Origin: Caecitellus pseudoparvulus
Taxonomy: Eukaryota > Protista > Bigyra: Bicosoecida
DNA length: 64,000 nt
Assembly (NCBI GenBank): GCA_965644315.1
Contig: CBFFRQ010000055.1
Span: forward strand, 62,001-126,000
Direction: 5' to 3'
The position numbers and the translations under genes are program-made. Below, in pieces: positions 12,398 to 25,600 of the stretch (its first letter is position 1; each line of letters begins with the position of its first letter). The notes under the pieces were generated by a model. It searched no databases, was not told the DNA's origin, and worked only from the letters and a program-made list of their open reading frames with translations.

Positions 12398-13776
12398 ATG
12401 GCAGCTGAATGCGCTTATGAAGAAGATTTTGCTTCCCTTCAGCCCCATATGGATGCGCAAGGTGCGGGCCGTGCCTTGCAAAGTGGAAGGGGGCCCTCGA
12501 GGCCAACGCAGTGCCTGTCGCACCGAAGAAGAGGCACCATGTGCCTTCACTGCCGCTTGCTGGCTGCTCAGATCCAGGGACGCCTGAAGTACCTATGGAC
12601 TCGCGCACAATTCGTGCTTCTGAACCTTCCCCCGCCCCTGAAGAGCTTGGGCACATGCTTGCGTTGACACGAATTGCGAGCCAGATGGTGCACGGCGGCA
12701 CTGCCACACTCTCAGCCGCCACCACTCCGAGGATTGCAGTACAGCTGCATGCGCAGCAGTTTGCATGCCGGTACAGGCAAAGCAAGGGCCCCGCACATGT
12801 CGTGCCCGGCCAAACTCTGCGGGGCAGCCTTGGCCCTGCTGCGCAGGGGCATCGCACAGGATTCATGCACTACTACAACAGCCTCAGCCCAAGTGAAGTG
12901 ACGGCCATGCTCCGTGCACTTCCCAAGGAGCATGAAGTGGCCGAGGAGACCCTCCTCTTGCCTGTGGGGTCCGCCCTCTGGGCCCTGCACGCCGCTGCAG
13001 CCCTGCGGAGCAGCTCTGCGCCCCCTGTGAGTCCGCAGCAGATGAGCGCGCATGTCCCAACGCTGGTCCTGCCCCTTGCAAAAGAGTGGTCGGCAAAGGG
13101 CCCGCTGGCGCGCCTGTGGTCCCGGTTCAAGGCTGACGTCTCTCCTCTGCAGCGCTGCATTGAAGCGGAGTCCGAGCTTCCCGAAGGCTTGGGGCCATGG
13201 CTGCAGCAAAGAGGCGTCGATGTGAAATGCTTGGAGAGCGCACTCAGAGCGCTGAAACCATGCTTGGTTCAGGGCCAGGATCGCCCGGTTCGCAGCGTGC
13301 TGCAAGGCCACGTTCGGCTTTCACGGACAGAGCATGCAGCCATCCAGGCTTGCTTCGGGAAAGAAGGGTGCATGGCTGGCGCCCCCCAGCACTGTTTGGA
13401 GCAAACCGACTGCCATGCTCGTTGGCTGTGTATGGCATGCGGACGCTGCGCCGTCTACTGGGTGCAGCGCGCTGTGCTCGGCTCTGGCAAGTCTGTGCGC
13501 CTGGCCCACCTGGCCTCGGCCACGACAGAACTGCGTGCTGTCCTTGCCATGGTTGAGAGGACAGCACCTCCAAGTGGTATGCCCATTTCACTCTTGCCTG
13601 GGGGCGTGCCAACCAGCACCAGCTGCCTGGGAGCCGGCGGGCGCAGTCTCCTGTCAGCGGCCCTGCCTGGAGCAGGGCACGACTTTGCCAGTCTTCGTGG
13701 GCGGCCCTCAGCCTTCCATAGCTACACAGTGCAAACCATGGGTGGGGTCAGTGATGACAGTGATGTTGAGGCCTGA
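12398..13776 (+). CDS. Hypothetical protein (~430 aa)
   Basis: ATG at 12398 and a phase-consistent intron ~12462-12571 join to the 421-aa ORF. No family recognised. Confidence 0.5.
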
Positions 13777-13792
13777 GTGGTCACCAGCACAG

Positions 13793-14620
13793 TCACTTGT
13801 CAGGTGCGTTAGACTCGGGACTGTCCGCCTCAGGCAACAGATCACGCAGCCAAGCCTCCCACTGCCCCAGAGCCGGAAGCATGGAGACTTGGTGCAAGCT
13901 AACCATGCGCATGGCAGCATGAACCGCCTGTCCCTGCTGCAGTGCTTTGGCGGCGCTGGGAAATGCAATGTGCATGGGCCCATGGATGGCTAGGGAATCC
14001 TCGGACCGCCCGAGTAGAGGCACCAATATGTGCCCCCCCTCCAGGATTGCCTGAGCAGCACTTTGCAGATCCGGCTGGTGCCTGTACACCGCTTGCAAGT
14101 ACTTGCGCACGGCGCAAGCCAGCGGCTCCTGGACACCCAGGGGAACCGCCATGCTCCCGCCCTCGCCCCCTTCGAACCGCAAGGAGATGAACCGTCGCGG
14201 GCCCGGAAGCCGGCACGGTGACGAAGGGAAGGTAGCCCTAGCCAGGCAAGGGGCACTGGACAGCCCTGCATCGCGCCTGGGTGCTGGCGCTGTTGGGATG
14301 GAAGTGGCAGCCAAAGGACTGCCGGCGAGAAGGAGCTCTTTGCGGGCGGCCGCGACGGCTAGCTCAGGGGGGCCGGTCTCGCCAGCACAGTGTTCTACGT
14401 GCAGGCACCTCCGTGACTCTTCATCCAGCTGAATAGCACGCAGAGCCGCTGCCACCCCAGGCCGCGAAGTGTCACTGGTGCTGTCCGAGCCGCAGCTCGC
14501 TTGCCCTTCTGGCGCTTCCTGAGACGGCTGCAGTTTGACTGCGCTGAAGCGCAGGCGGGCAGCTGTGCCGCTTCCTTCCCTCACTGCTTGGACAGTTGCT
14601 GGGGAAACTTGCTCAGGCAT
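13793..14620 (-). CDS. Hypothetical protein
   Basis: 341-aa ORF 13793-14818, probable start MPEQVSP at 14620. No family recognised; both ends uncertain. Confidence 0.35.
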   Translation of the reverse strand: MPEQVSPATVQAVREGSGTAARLRFSAVKLQPSQEAPEGQASCGSDSTSDTSRPGVAAALRAIQLDEESRRCLHVEHCAGETGPPELAVAAARKELLLAGSPLAATSIPTAPAPRRDAGLSSAPCLARATFPSSPCRLPGPRRFISLRFEGGEGGSMAVPLGVQEPLACAVRKYLQAVYRHQPDLQSAAQAILEGGHILVPLLGRSEDSLAIHGPMHIAFPSAAKALQQGQAVHAAMRMVSLHQVSMLPALGQWEAWLRDLLPEADSPESNAPDK

Positions 14621-15590
14621 GGTGCGGCGGTCATCTCTAGCAGCAGGCGCAGGGTGAGTGCAGTCAGCGGGGGTTGGCGATGCTCCTCTTCTCGCCAAGG
14701 TGTTGAAGCTTCGGTGTACAAACGAGCCATGAGATGTCATATCAGTTTGCCCTGGCGAGGACTCTCGAGAAATCGTCACGTATGACCCTGCGAAGGCATG
14801 CAAGCGCCAGCTGCACACGGCGTTTCATACGCGTTTCGTGTAACCCTCACCTGGCCCCCTCCGCCGTTCCAGTTCCTGCTGAGAAGCCTCAGGCATGGGA
14901 GGGTGCACTGGAATCCCATGATACATCAGCGGGGGGCTGGTTACATCCACCCTTCCTGTGTGAGAGAACCCCAGTCCGCGCGCAGGGGCGCGCTTGGGCG
15001 AGCTTCCGTTGCTGCTCGTGGCGTCCTGTGTGCTGGACGCAGCACTGCTGCCGGGTCCAGCACCTGACTGCGTAGGGAAGCGCGCAGGGGTGTCCAGGGC
15101 ATGTGGTTCCTGCTCTTTGCTGCCCTTCCACCTGGCACCCCGACCGAAAATCATGCCAGACCAGAGCTGCCAGCAGAAGCGCCAAGAAGCAAGGAAGTGA
15201 CAAGGACAGGGACCAAACGCGGGAAACATGTGTCTAACACGCGCTAGAGGGTACAAATATGTCACTGCGCTTAGGGTGGTCACATTTGCCGTTCCTCGCT
15301 GCTCAGCGAATGAGGGGCGTCCCGTGCACCATTCACAGGCGCACCTGCGCTTCGGGGGGACCAGTGGCGTCACAGGCCTGACGGCACACTTTGCATCTGC
15401 AAGTCAAAAAACAGGACGGGAGTCACCTGGTGGAGAAGCAATCCATGGGTATGAGGTTCACAACCCTCCTCCTGGAAGCCTTACTGCTTGCAGTTCGTTG
15501 TGGGCCAGCAGGAGTGCATTGAGTGGCATCAATCACCCGCTGTCGCAGCGACGGGGCAGCTGCTGTGAACCTGAGCGCCTGCAATTGACC

Positions 15591-16608
15591 ATGGGCTGCA
15601 CTGGGAGCAAGGAGCCAGTGGGAACCGATGATGTGCGTGACTGCTTCGGGGGTAGCTCGCCCGAGTGCTTGCTTTTCCGCTCCTCGCTGCTGCACATGCC
15701 TTGCAAGGTTTCGGTTTCTCTGCATAGGTGCTGCACTTCACGAATGTACCGTCTTGCACAGGCCCCCGACGAGGACTGGGACAGCGACGAGGGTGCCCAA
15801 GCGCCTTCCGTGTCTACTGGCAAATTCAGGCGGGCCCGTGACAGTGTCGTAGTCGCACGCACCAGCAAGAATAGCCATTTCAGCGATGCTCAGTCAGCGT
15901 CACACTCCACCGCAACTCGATTCAGGCGGGTACCTCGGGACAGCATTGTGGTTACCAAGGTGCGTGCATGGCATGCACCCCCAGGGGGGGGCAAGGGTGC
16001 TGAGAAACGCTTGTGCACGGCTGCCTTCGCCTGCCTTGCAGATGCATGAGGCAGGGCAGCGCCCAGCGCAGCCAGGGCCAGGTCAACTGCAGGCCTTGCC
16101 AGAGCACGAGCGCGAGGTTCCTGGCGGAGCTACCGACGCCGCACGGTACCAACCATCTGACTGGACCAGCGATGGGATGGGAGCAGCTGGAAAGAAGCCA
16201 CGGCCCAGCCCCCTGGAGGTTGACTCAGCTGCGTCAAAAGTCAAACCCAGCAGGCCCACCGGCGGCACCTCGACAGACACCTACCACGGCGGCGCCCAGG
16301 AAGTGCAAGCACCTACAGTGAGCTTGCCCTTGTCTCCAGCTGGTGGAGGGGGTGCTGAACTGTCCATGCAGCTGTCCCACAGTGCCAGCACGATTCAGGG
16401 TGGGCTGGCAGATGAGGCCGCCACGCAAGCCACGCACGAGCCGCCGGCGCCCCCGGCAGGCACCCCTAGCGCCCGCTCTGCCTCCACCCCCTCGGGCTCG
16501 GCGCGCCTGTCACCTCGTGCACGCGGGGCTTCCCACGATGACATGGTCCTGACTTCCCCTCTCGTGTCCCCTCTCAACCCGCTTCCTTTCTCAGACTCCT
16601 CTTCATGA
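15591..16608 (+). CDS. Hypothetical disordered protein with N-terminal dual-acylation motif (MGCTGSK)
   Basis: ATG at 15591; GTGCGT..CAG introns at ~15633-15761 and ~15960-16041 join the frames. Ser/Pro-rich, with a repeated FRRxxRDS(V/I)VV motif. Confidence 0.6.
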
Positions 16609-16618
16609 ACAACTCAGC

Positions 16619-16626
16619 AATGCATT
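16619..16626. terminator. AATGCATT palindrome in the 20-bp spacer between convergent stops (16608 and 16629)
   Basis: Sequence cagcAATGCATTcctca. Confidence 0.5.
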
Positions 16627-16628
16627 CC

Positions 16629-19600
16629 TCAAGCGGGCGGCGGCACGGCCGCAGCCCGAGCTGCGCGCTCAGCGCGTGCGTCACCACTGGCCGCAGCAGT
16701 GGCAAGTGGGCCCACCGCTTCTGCAGCGGCGACCATGGCAGCTGCCTTGGCCTTCTTCTTCGCTTTCTTCGCCTTCTTCGCCGCCTTGCGAGCAGCCTTC
16801 GCGGCAGCGTCCTCTCCCAGCACCTCACTCAGCCCCATTTGCGCAAGCCCAGCAGGCTCACCCTCGCCACCGGGCCCTTCGTCTGCATGCTTCGGGCGCT
16901 TGGACTTCTTGGACTTCTTCTTTTTCGGCGGGCGGCGGGCCTTGTCAGGATCAGCCGCGCCCGCCCCAGAGCCCACGCCTGTCGACACCACCTCGCTCAC
17001 AGCCGCAACTGCGTCCAGCGGGTTCGCTATCGTCTGCTCCTCTGCAATGGAAGCAAATGCCGCTTGTTGGCTTCGCAGCGACCCACTGACCTCCATGTCG
17101 CGTGAGGCGAAGTAGGCGTCTGCCGCAGCATCATCACCTGCTGCCGCAGAAGCCTCCGCGCTCTTCTTGGCCTTCTTCTTGGCTTTCTTCGCCTTCTTTG
17201 CCGCCTTGCGAGCGGCTTTGGCGGCAGCCGCATCTGCAGCTTCTTGCGACTCCAGCGCCTGAGCTTCATGCTTTGTGACACCAGCTGGCGCGTCCACCGG
17301 CTGCTGCACACCCCCAGTGCCATCCCCCTCGTTCGAAGTCTCGACCACCCCGGCCTTCGTCTCTGCAGCAGTGCCAGCTGCGGGTGTCTCGACTGCTGCG
17401 GCAGCCTCCCCAGTGCCCGCTTTGATGCTGCGCATCTCAATTCCCGCCGAAGACCCTCGGGGGCGGGTGCTCGCTGGTCGGCTGCGGGTGGACGCTCGTC
17501 GGGCACGCAGGGCTTGGGACATGCTGCGCCCATCTGGCTGGCTAAGCAAGGAGTGTCGGTACTCCTTCGCACGGTCAAGAGTTGCCTGGGAAGCGCCACT
17601 GGGCAGCTCTGCAGTGGTGCCGGAGCCGGTGGACCCTGCTGCACTGCTAGCACGACGCCGCCGGGGGGGGCCCAGGGCGCCGCCCGCGCCCACCATTGGG
17701 TTGGTGGCGAGAGCTTTGGACTCCATCAGCATCAGCGGGTTCTTCACCACCTGGCCTCCTGCGCTCGAGTGCTTTGACTCAGAAACGAGCGTGGTGTGGC
17801 CGGCATTGCCGCCAGTACTTGTGTGGCGCCGTGTCCGCGTCGTGGGCCCTTCAGGCGCCACCCTGACGCCGCCAGTCTGCCCACGCAGGACATCGTGCAC
17901 TGCCTTCCGGCTGCCAGGCGCCGAAGGCTGCTGTGCCTGAGGGACCGCCACAGTCGCTCGCCGAGTCACACGCGGTGACGGCATGTCAAAGCTGCCTTCC
18001 CCTGGTCGAGGGCTGGTGGGCGTGCTCCAGATGTGTTGGTCAGTGTCAGCATGTGGCGAGCTCAACACGACCGTCTTCGCCCGCCGCTTGTAGTGGTCCC
18101 TGGCGGGAGGCAGCGCGTCACAGGGGTGCCCGCCGTCAGCCCACCCGCGCTGCACCCGGCCAGTGAAGGCCAGGAACTCCAGCCACCGCCACACCTCCTT
18201 TGCATCCGGCACCTCCGGCGCGATGCCCATGGAGGCCATGACCCGCGCCTGGGCATTGGTGGCACCGTCCTCGTCCTGGGCAACGTTGGCCCCCGCGCTC
18301 CAGTCACGCGCCGTGCAGCACACGGCTCGGCAAAAGCCGCAACAGAGGACGTTCTGCACGAAGTCATAGCCCAGACCCACCACGCTGCAGCTCAAGGCGC
18401 ACACCCGTGCCTGCACTGACCCGCAAGACATGCCACACCACAGGCAGGCCATGTGCGCTGAGCGACTGAAGAAGGACATGCACAGGAGAAGGAGGAACGG
18501 CAGCAGGAATGCCGCCACGGCCATGGATCGCGCCGTGGCTACGTCTGCCATGATCCAGGACATGCGGTGCATAGCCGCATACAGTGCCTCCTCCGCTGCC
18601 GCCCCCACCCCCGAACCCTGCTGCCCACGAAACGAGGGGCCGGGTATGCCCCCCAGAGCCTCCAGCCCTGGCGTCGGCACGTACGTGAACGCTGACGTGC
18701 CCTGCATGAAGGCAGACAGGCTGGCCGCGTAGTCGACGCAGACACTTCCGCTGGTGCGCTGCTCTGCGTCTGCACCCATGAGGCGCATGCCAGGCACTGC
18801 CAGCATCACTGCCTGCAGCACAGAACTCCACACAGACACCTGCGACAGCAAGTGGTGCAGCTCCGCCTGCGCGTGGTTGTACTCTACGCCAACCACCTCC
18901 GGGGCGTCGTCGGGTCTCGCCTCTCGCGGGGCGTCAGAGGCAGCGCCACCCCCCTCCCCCCCGCCCTCCCTGCGGTGATGCAGCACACTGCGGTGGCTCC
19001 AGCTCGTCTCCCGGCTTGAATGCGAGACGGTGCTCCACGTCGTCAAGGAAGCACCTTCGCCCAAGTGCTGCGCAAGCACCGCCAGGGCCTCCTCCGCAGA
19101 CAGTGCGTCGTACCCCGCCTGCTCCAGAGTCTTTCCCTCGCTTTGAGCCAAGGCTTTGAGCTGCGCCAGCAGGGCCTCCCGCGGTGGAGCCATATCCACG
19201 TGCAGGTGCACCATGTGCAGACTATCACACTCCACGTCGGCCGCGTGGCTTTCCGCCTGCCGGTGAACGTAGGGGTGCCACACCTCGTGTGCGATGCCAA
19301 AGACGACCATTAGGCAAGCACAGGCCATGGCACGGGCTGAGGGATCAGTGAACGAGAGCTGGAATAGAGGCAGCAGCATGGTCACAGTGTAGTATGTGGC
19401 CCACCATCCAGCCCAGCCTTCCGGAGCCATGGCCCCCCACAGCCACCCAAACCGCCGCCACATGCGCAGGACCCACTCCCCGTAGGTCATGCCCAGTCGA
19501 GTGCCGCCGCCCACTGTGGCTGCGTGCCCCGTCGGTGTGGCCATGGTCGGCGCCTGCTCAGCTTTCCCCGCACCTGCCGCAGTCAGGCGGGCCGAGACGC

Positions 19601-22600
19601 TGGCGCGCCGAACCTTGCGCCTGGAGCCGCCCTGGCCGCCAATGCTCGGTGCGCCAGACTCAACTGGCGCATCGGACGCGGCAATGGCTGCTTCCTTCTT
19701 GGCTTCTTCTTCAATGTCTCGCGCGCGCAGGGGCAGCCACGCAGCGTACCACCCCCCCACTGCCAGGTTCACGACCCACCACCGCAGATCCACGTGGCCT
19801 CGCAGCGTCAAGTGCCCCAGCAGTCGTTGGAACGTGCCCTCGCGGCCAGGGATGCGCCGAGCCTCCACCTTCGCGTTGTGTGTGATGTCCGACCGGGTCG
19901 TCGAATTCCGGGCCGTGAACAGCAGCGCCAGGAGCAGCACCAAAGCAAGCAAAACTAGAAACCCGCCCATGATGGTCACTGCCGTGCCCTCCACGTCGGC
20001 CGTGCTGGTGGCGGGGTGGGACACCAGGAACGAATCGTGCACGCCCACGTCCACACCATCCTCAGAGGGATCCGGCGCCGCCGTGCCCTCCGCTTCTGCA
20101 GCTGCTGCTGCCTCGCTGTCAACCTCGTCGGGGTCCCGCACCCAACGCTGCGTAATCAGCATCTGCCTCACTGCAGCCCGCAAGCCTGTGGAGAAGGAAG
20201 GCAGGGCCATGACTGCGCCATGCCACAGCAGCGGTAACAGCATCATGGTGGTCATGGAGACACTGGCCAGAGCCACATCGTGGCAGTACAGGCTGGGTAC
20301 ACCCAAGCCAGCACAACCTCCCTCTGAGCAGCGCAGCCTGCATGGCGCTTGTCCATCCCGTGGCGTACAGCGGCCTGCGGGCACATCCACGCCGGCAGGC
20401 TCCTCGGACTCGGGAGCCGCCAGGCCACAGGCAGCCAGCTGGCCCTTCGGGCGCTTGCGCTGGGCCGCTGTGGGGCCTTCTGGGCCCGCGTCCGCCTCTA
20501 TGAACAGCTCGTCCGCCCGGCCCACATCTGTGACAGAGTCATACGTGGAGGCGCTCAGCCAGCAGCAGCGCGCCTGGATGGCCAGAGTGGCGGACAGCGC
20601 CCCCAGTACGAGGACAGCCACAGCCGCGCCGAGGAGGGGCAGCCCGACCCCGGCGAAGGGGCTGTTCTGCTCACGCTCCGACGAGCAGGCCGCTTGGAAG
20701 GAGTGCACAGGCACGATGAGGAGGCCTGCGAAGACGTCTCGAAGAATGGACACCGGCGACGCGCCTCCCAGCACTTGCAGCGGCGACAGGCCAAGCACTG
20801 GGGGCAACCCACCCAGCTCGGGGATGCGCCGGTTGCGCAGGTCAATGGAGCGGTCCTCCAAGCGCTTTTCAATGCGTGCCACGAGGCTGGCGCCGCCACG
20901 CTGGTCCCACCACTGCTCCACAGTCGCATACGCGTCTGGGCTGGCGCCTGGGCACAACACATCCATGTGGGACAGTAAGACAAACATGATGACTTGCTGC
21001 AGCAGCAGGGTGGTCGCCACCCACCGCAATAGGCCAGCATGCAGGGGGGTGCTGGCAGGCGCCGTGCCTTCCAGCAGCATGTCGTCTGGAGCACCCCCCT
21101 GCCCGCTGCCGCCCAGGGTCCACTCATCTCCTAGCATGCCCTCGCTCTCGCTGTCGTCCTCCGGCCCAAGTGCCTTCCCTGACCTTGCTCGGGACTTGGC
21201 AGCCGCCGTGGCCGCTTCTCTGCTTCGCTTCTCCCGGCGCTGAGCGCGGCGTGTCGCCTTGGCTGCCTTGGCAAAGTCCTCCCCCGCACCCAGCACCCTG
21301 TCGCGCGCAGAGCGCAGCAGCCTGGCAGGGCGGGCCACACGCCGGCGCCAGAGGCCTGGCGCGCCAGTGAAGACCAGGCGCACAGACATGGGCAGGCTTG
21401 CCCCAAGGGGGGGCACGACCTGCGTGTCCGCCAGGGTCTTGTGCACTTCTGCCATGTGCTGAGCCACCTCTGTCGTGTGAGCGCCCTCGGTGTGCAGCAT
21501 GGCTTCCTCTGGCGACAGGCAGGCACAAGCTCGAGGAAGGGTGTTGGCCCGCCACGCAGCACAGCCCTGTGGGCCCCGCCCCGCGCTGGCAGTGGAGCAG
21601 TAGGGAAAGCCGCGGGCCACGTTGTACGGGTCTGACACGGAAGCAGTGTTGGTCTGCGTGGGTGAGCTGCCTCCACACGGGGTGCAAGAACAGCTGGCCT
21701 CCACCCGCTGCGAAGGGTCTGCCGCTGCCACTGCGTCCAGCTCCGCCTGAGTCATTCCGCCGGCCTCTGCGGTCTGTGCGTGCTCCCCTGTGCGAGTGGG
21801 GTGGTAGTCTTGCAGGAGAATGCCTGAGTGGGGTGAAGGGCAGTGGGCAATGCCGGCGTACGCTTGCACGGCCGCAGAGAGGGTGTCAGAGTGCGCACTC
21901 CCAGCTTGGGCTCGGAACTGACTGGAGGGCACCACAGACGAGGCGGGTCGAAGCAGGGCCCGACCGCTGTCATCGTGAGACACGCGCCGGTGGGGATGGA
22001 TGACCTGCACCGGCGCAGGGGGGCGCGACTCGGTGTCCGCGGCAGCCACTTCCGCCGCCAGCAACTCATCCATACAGCCTAGCGCCATGGGTGGGTCCAG
22101 GACATGCATGTCCGGCACCCCTACAGTGCCCCGCCACGTGTCCCCCCCCGCTTGCACGCCGAGAGCTTCAGCGCGCAGGTTCCACAGCTCCTCTTGTCCC
22201 ATGTGCCGCCACGACAAGGAACCCAAGTCATCATTCACACCCCCCAGCACGCCCTCCTCGTTGTGTGTGCCTTGCTGTGTCACCTCTGCGCCGCCCACGC
22301 CACTGCCCGTGGCCCCTGCTGTCGTGACGTGCGACACGCCGTCCTCACTGGGCTGGGCCCAAGACTCGCCAGGCGGAACCATGGGAGGCGGCAACGTGGA
22401 TCGCTGCCCGTGAGCCACACCAGTCATGGGTCCACCTGCGTACGGCCGCTGCAGGGCAGCCCACCAGCGCTGCACTGACAAGGTGCGCTGGAAGGGAAAC
22501 TCCGGCACCACCAAGCGAGGCCCACCTGCCTTGACACCCGGTGCCTCGGACGTGCTGGCCTCTGCCGGTAGCAGGGAGGTCGTCTTCCGAGCAGCCTTCG

Positions 22601-25600
22601 CAAAAGCGGCCAGGGTGGAGCGCCGGCTGGCCTGCGCTGCTGAGAGTCCGTCCAGAGCTTCGCTGGCATGGCGAGGAGGCACCACTGCGAGCTTGTGGGA
22701 CTTGGTGACGCCAGCCAGCATGACGGGGGCCGAGAAGCGTGACCACTGGCGCTGCAGCACCTTCAGCCTGTGAGCATGTGATCTCACCAGCGCGGCAGCT
22801 CGCGGGTTGGAGCCGACGTACACTGAGCGACGGGGAGCTCGTTGCTTGCGTGCGCCAGTCCCTGCGCGGCGAAAGGTGAATGCGCGGGACTCCCGTCCAC
22901 GCGACAGGTCCTCCACTTCGTCCCACTCCCCCTCCGACTCTTGCTCCAGGTCGGCGGTACTGCCAGTCAGCCCTGCTGCCAGCGACAGCGCCGGTAGGGG
23001 TTCAATGCCGGGGGACTCGAACACGAGGTCTGCCCAGTGCGCCACCCACCAGGGAATGAGCAGCAAGGCGAAGGCAGCCCCGATAAGGGACACCACAGCT
23101 GTCGTGCCGCCTGTCACTGACGCACACGAGCGGCAGGAAGCCATGGCTCCCAGGGCTGGGGGGTCGTGCTGAAAGCCATGGCCGCAGACACTGCACATGT
23201 GCGCTGACCCATTGCTGCCATACACCCCACCCGCAGCAAACCATGGTGCCGTGGCTGTGTTGACGGAGCTGGAGTCCCCCAGTCCCCATGCTGCCATGTG
23301 TGCTGACGCTGAGGATCGAGCTGACGTGCTCACCGGGGACGCCTGGGGTGGGCCGCCAACCACCACGTTCGTGGTGGCAGCAGGCATGTACAGCGCAGCC
23401 ACATTGGACATCCCAGCGCCCCATGCCAGGCGGTCCATGGGCAGTTCAAGTCCAGAGCCTTCCACACACATGGAAGCTGTTCGCTGCCGTGTGGCTGGCG
23501 GGGTGTTGCCGGACAGCTGTGTTGGGCCGTGGCCTGCAGAGGGCAGCGTGTGTGGTTGGCGCTTGTTGCCGGAGCCGGGTGTGCGCAGCTCCACACCAGT
23601 AGTCTCTGGCTGTAGCGGTGCCAGGTCTACTTCGGTCAGGCAGCCCAGTGGGTTGGGGCAAATGCGTGTCATGGGCACGAGAAAGGAAGCGGGGGCCAGG
23701 GCCAGGAAACTGCTGCGGACCCACGACCAGCCTCCGGAAAGGGCCGCCACAAACTGAGCGGTGCGGAGGTCACCTGGCAGATCGCCAGTGACCGTCTGGA
23801 TGTGTGCTCGCACAAGTGCCCCTCGAGACGCAGGTGGAGGTGGCAAGGCCGCCACTGGTTGTGGCACGGGGATGCCAACGGACACGAGGGAAGCGTTGGC
23901 GTTGCGCAGGCTGGCTTGCTGCGAGACGCTGTCTCCTGCAGACAAGACAAGGCCCTGGGTGGCCACCGCCCCCAGCCACGGCATCCATGCGGGAGAAACC
24001 ACGGAACCAGCCACAGTCAACGTGGCAACGCTGCCGTTGCCGCGCGAGCCTTGGCCTGGGCGCTTCTCCCCGCAGGCGCCCTTGCTGAGGGCTGTGCTGC
24101 ATGCCCGGCACTGCGAGGCATCTGTGCCGCCGGCTGGCCCCAAGGAGCCAGCTGGGCACGGTAGGCAGCCACCCATTGACGGCTGCCACAGCAACTCCCG
24201 TGCCTGTCCAGACAAGGCAAACTGCCTCGCTGCGGGGCTGCGAAGAGTAGAAGGAACCAGTTCCATCACGCTTCCACCCGCGGAAAAAGTGCTGACGGTG
24301 CATGGGATGCACCGGGAGTCTGCGAGGGTTGGCAAGGCGCCTGCTTGGGGCCGCAGGAAGGCAAGGTCGCTGTGAGACCCAGGCTGAAACAACTCTGTCG
24401 CTGTGGATCCCCCCGAGAGCTGGCTGGAGAAGAAAGCTGCCGCAAAGCCAGCCCGGCACGAACACTCAGTGGGGGGTTCAATGCCTGACGAGTTGCCCAC
24501 CAAGCGCAGGAGGCCCGCGGTCACTACAGGCTGGGCGCGCAGCCCTGCCATGAGAGCGCTGCAGGAACTCTGGTTGACGATGATGGGGCTCTCGATGGAG
24601 CCCAAGGCTGCAGGAAGGGCTGGCTGCCCGCTCAGATGAAAGCTATAGGGCTCGCCAACCCCCGAAGCGGCTTCCCACTGAGCTCCTCCCTGTACAGAGA
24701 TGGAGACGGCATGAATGGCTAGGGAGCCTTGCAACGGCAACGCCCAAGGCTTCAAGCCGAGCAAAAGCAACCATGCAGGCTCCGAGTCATGTGCATGAGT
24801 GGTCATGTTGCGCAAGATGCCCTCGGCAGCAGCCATGCTCCCATCCTCAGCGGGAAGGAAGAACATGGACCGCCTGCCCATGATCAGGGGAATCTGAGCC
24901 GTGGCGGTCGCGGCATGCTCCAAGCCGTATGGGAGCGCCGAGGGCACTCCGAGTGCCGCTGCTGAGAAGGAAGGTACATCGGTCACGTCCAGGACGAGCT
25001 GGCCGGAGGAGCTGCGGTTGGTCACGGTGCCGTTCTGCAGCTCGAGAGTCGCTTCACCTGGAAAGGCAACAGCCGTGCCATTCGTGCGTGTGTGCACCGT
25101 GTAGCTGATGCTAAGAACAACTGTGGCACTCTGCAATGAAGCTGGCTGACCCAGGCGATCCCGCAGCACGACCAACCCACTCATCCAACAAGCGTCCGAA
25201 ACGCCACCCACCGGCGGAGAGGCGCCTTGCTCCCCGTCAAACTGGCGCAGGATTAGGGGAAGCAGCTCACGCTGCACGCTTGACGTGAGGGAGAAGGCAA
25301 AGGAGGCCGCTTCAGAAGGCAGCCCCCTTCGAAACTGGAGGCTGAGCGGCGCGGGGAGCAAGAGCGATTGATCAGTCTGCTGAGGGAACACAGTCCCTCC
25401 ACCATGCGGCTGGCTAAACAGGTTGACTGACCCACGCACAGGAGATGACGTGCGCACAGAAACTCTGTCAGAGGCGTTCGAGTGCAGGTGCAGCAGCGCT
25501 GTCACTGTGGCTGAAGCAAGCGCTGACGGCGCTGTGAGGCGAGCGTGCACGCTGACCACACCCTGCCCGGGACGCTGTACGTCAAGCTCTGCTGGGGTGC

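Noticed and set aside
14820-15590. Short ORFs in the spacer between the two hypothetical genes
   Set aside because: No codon bias, motifs or consistent splice model; treated as divergent promoter or UTR.
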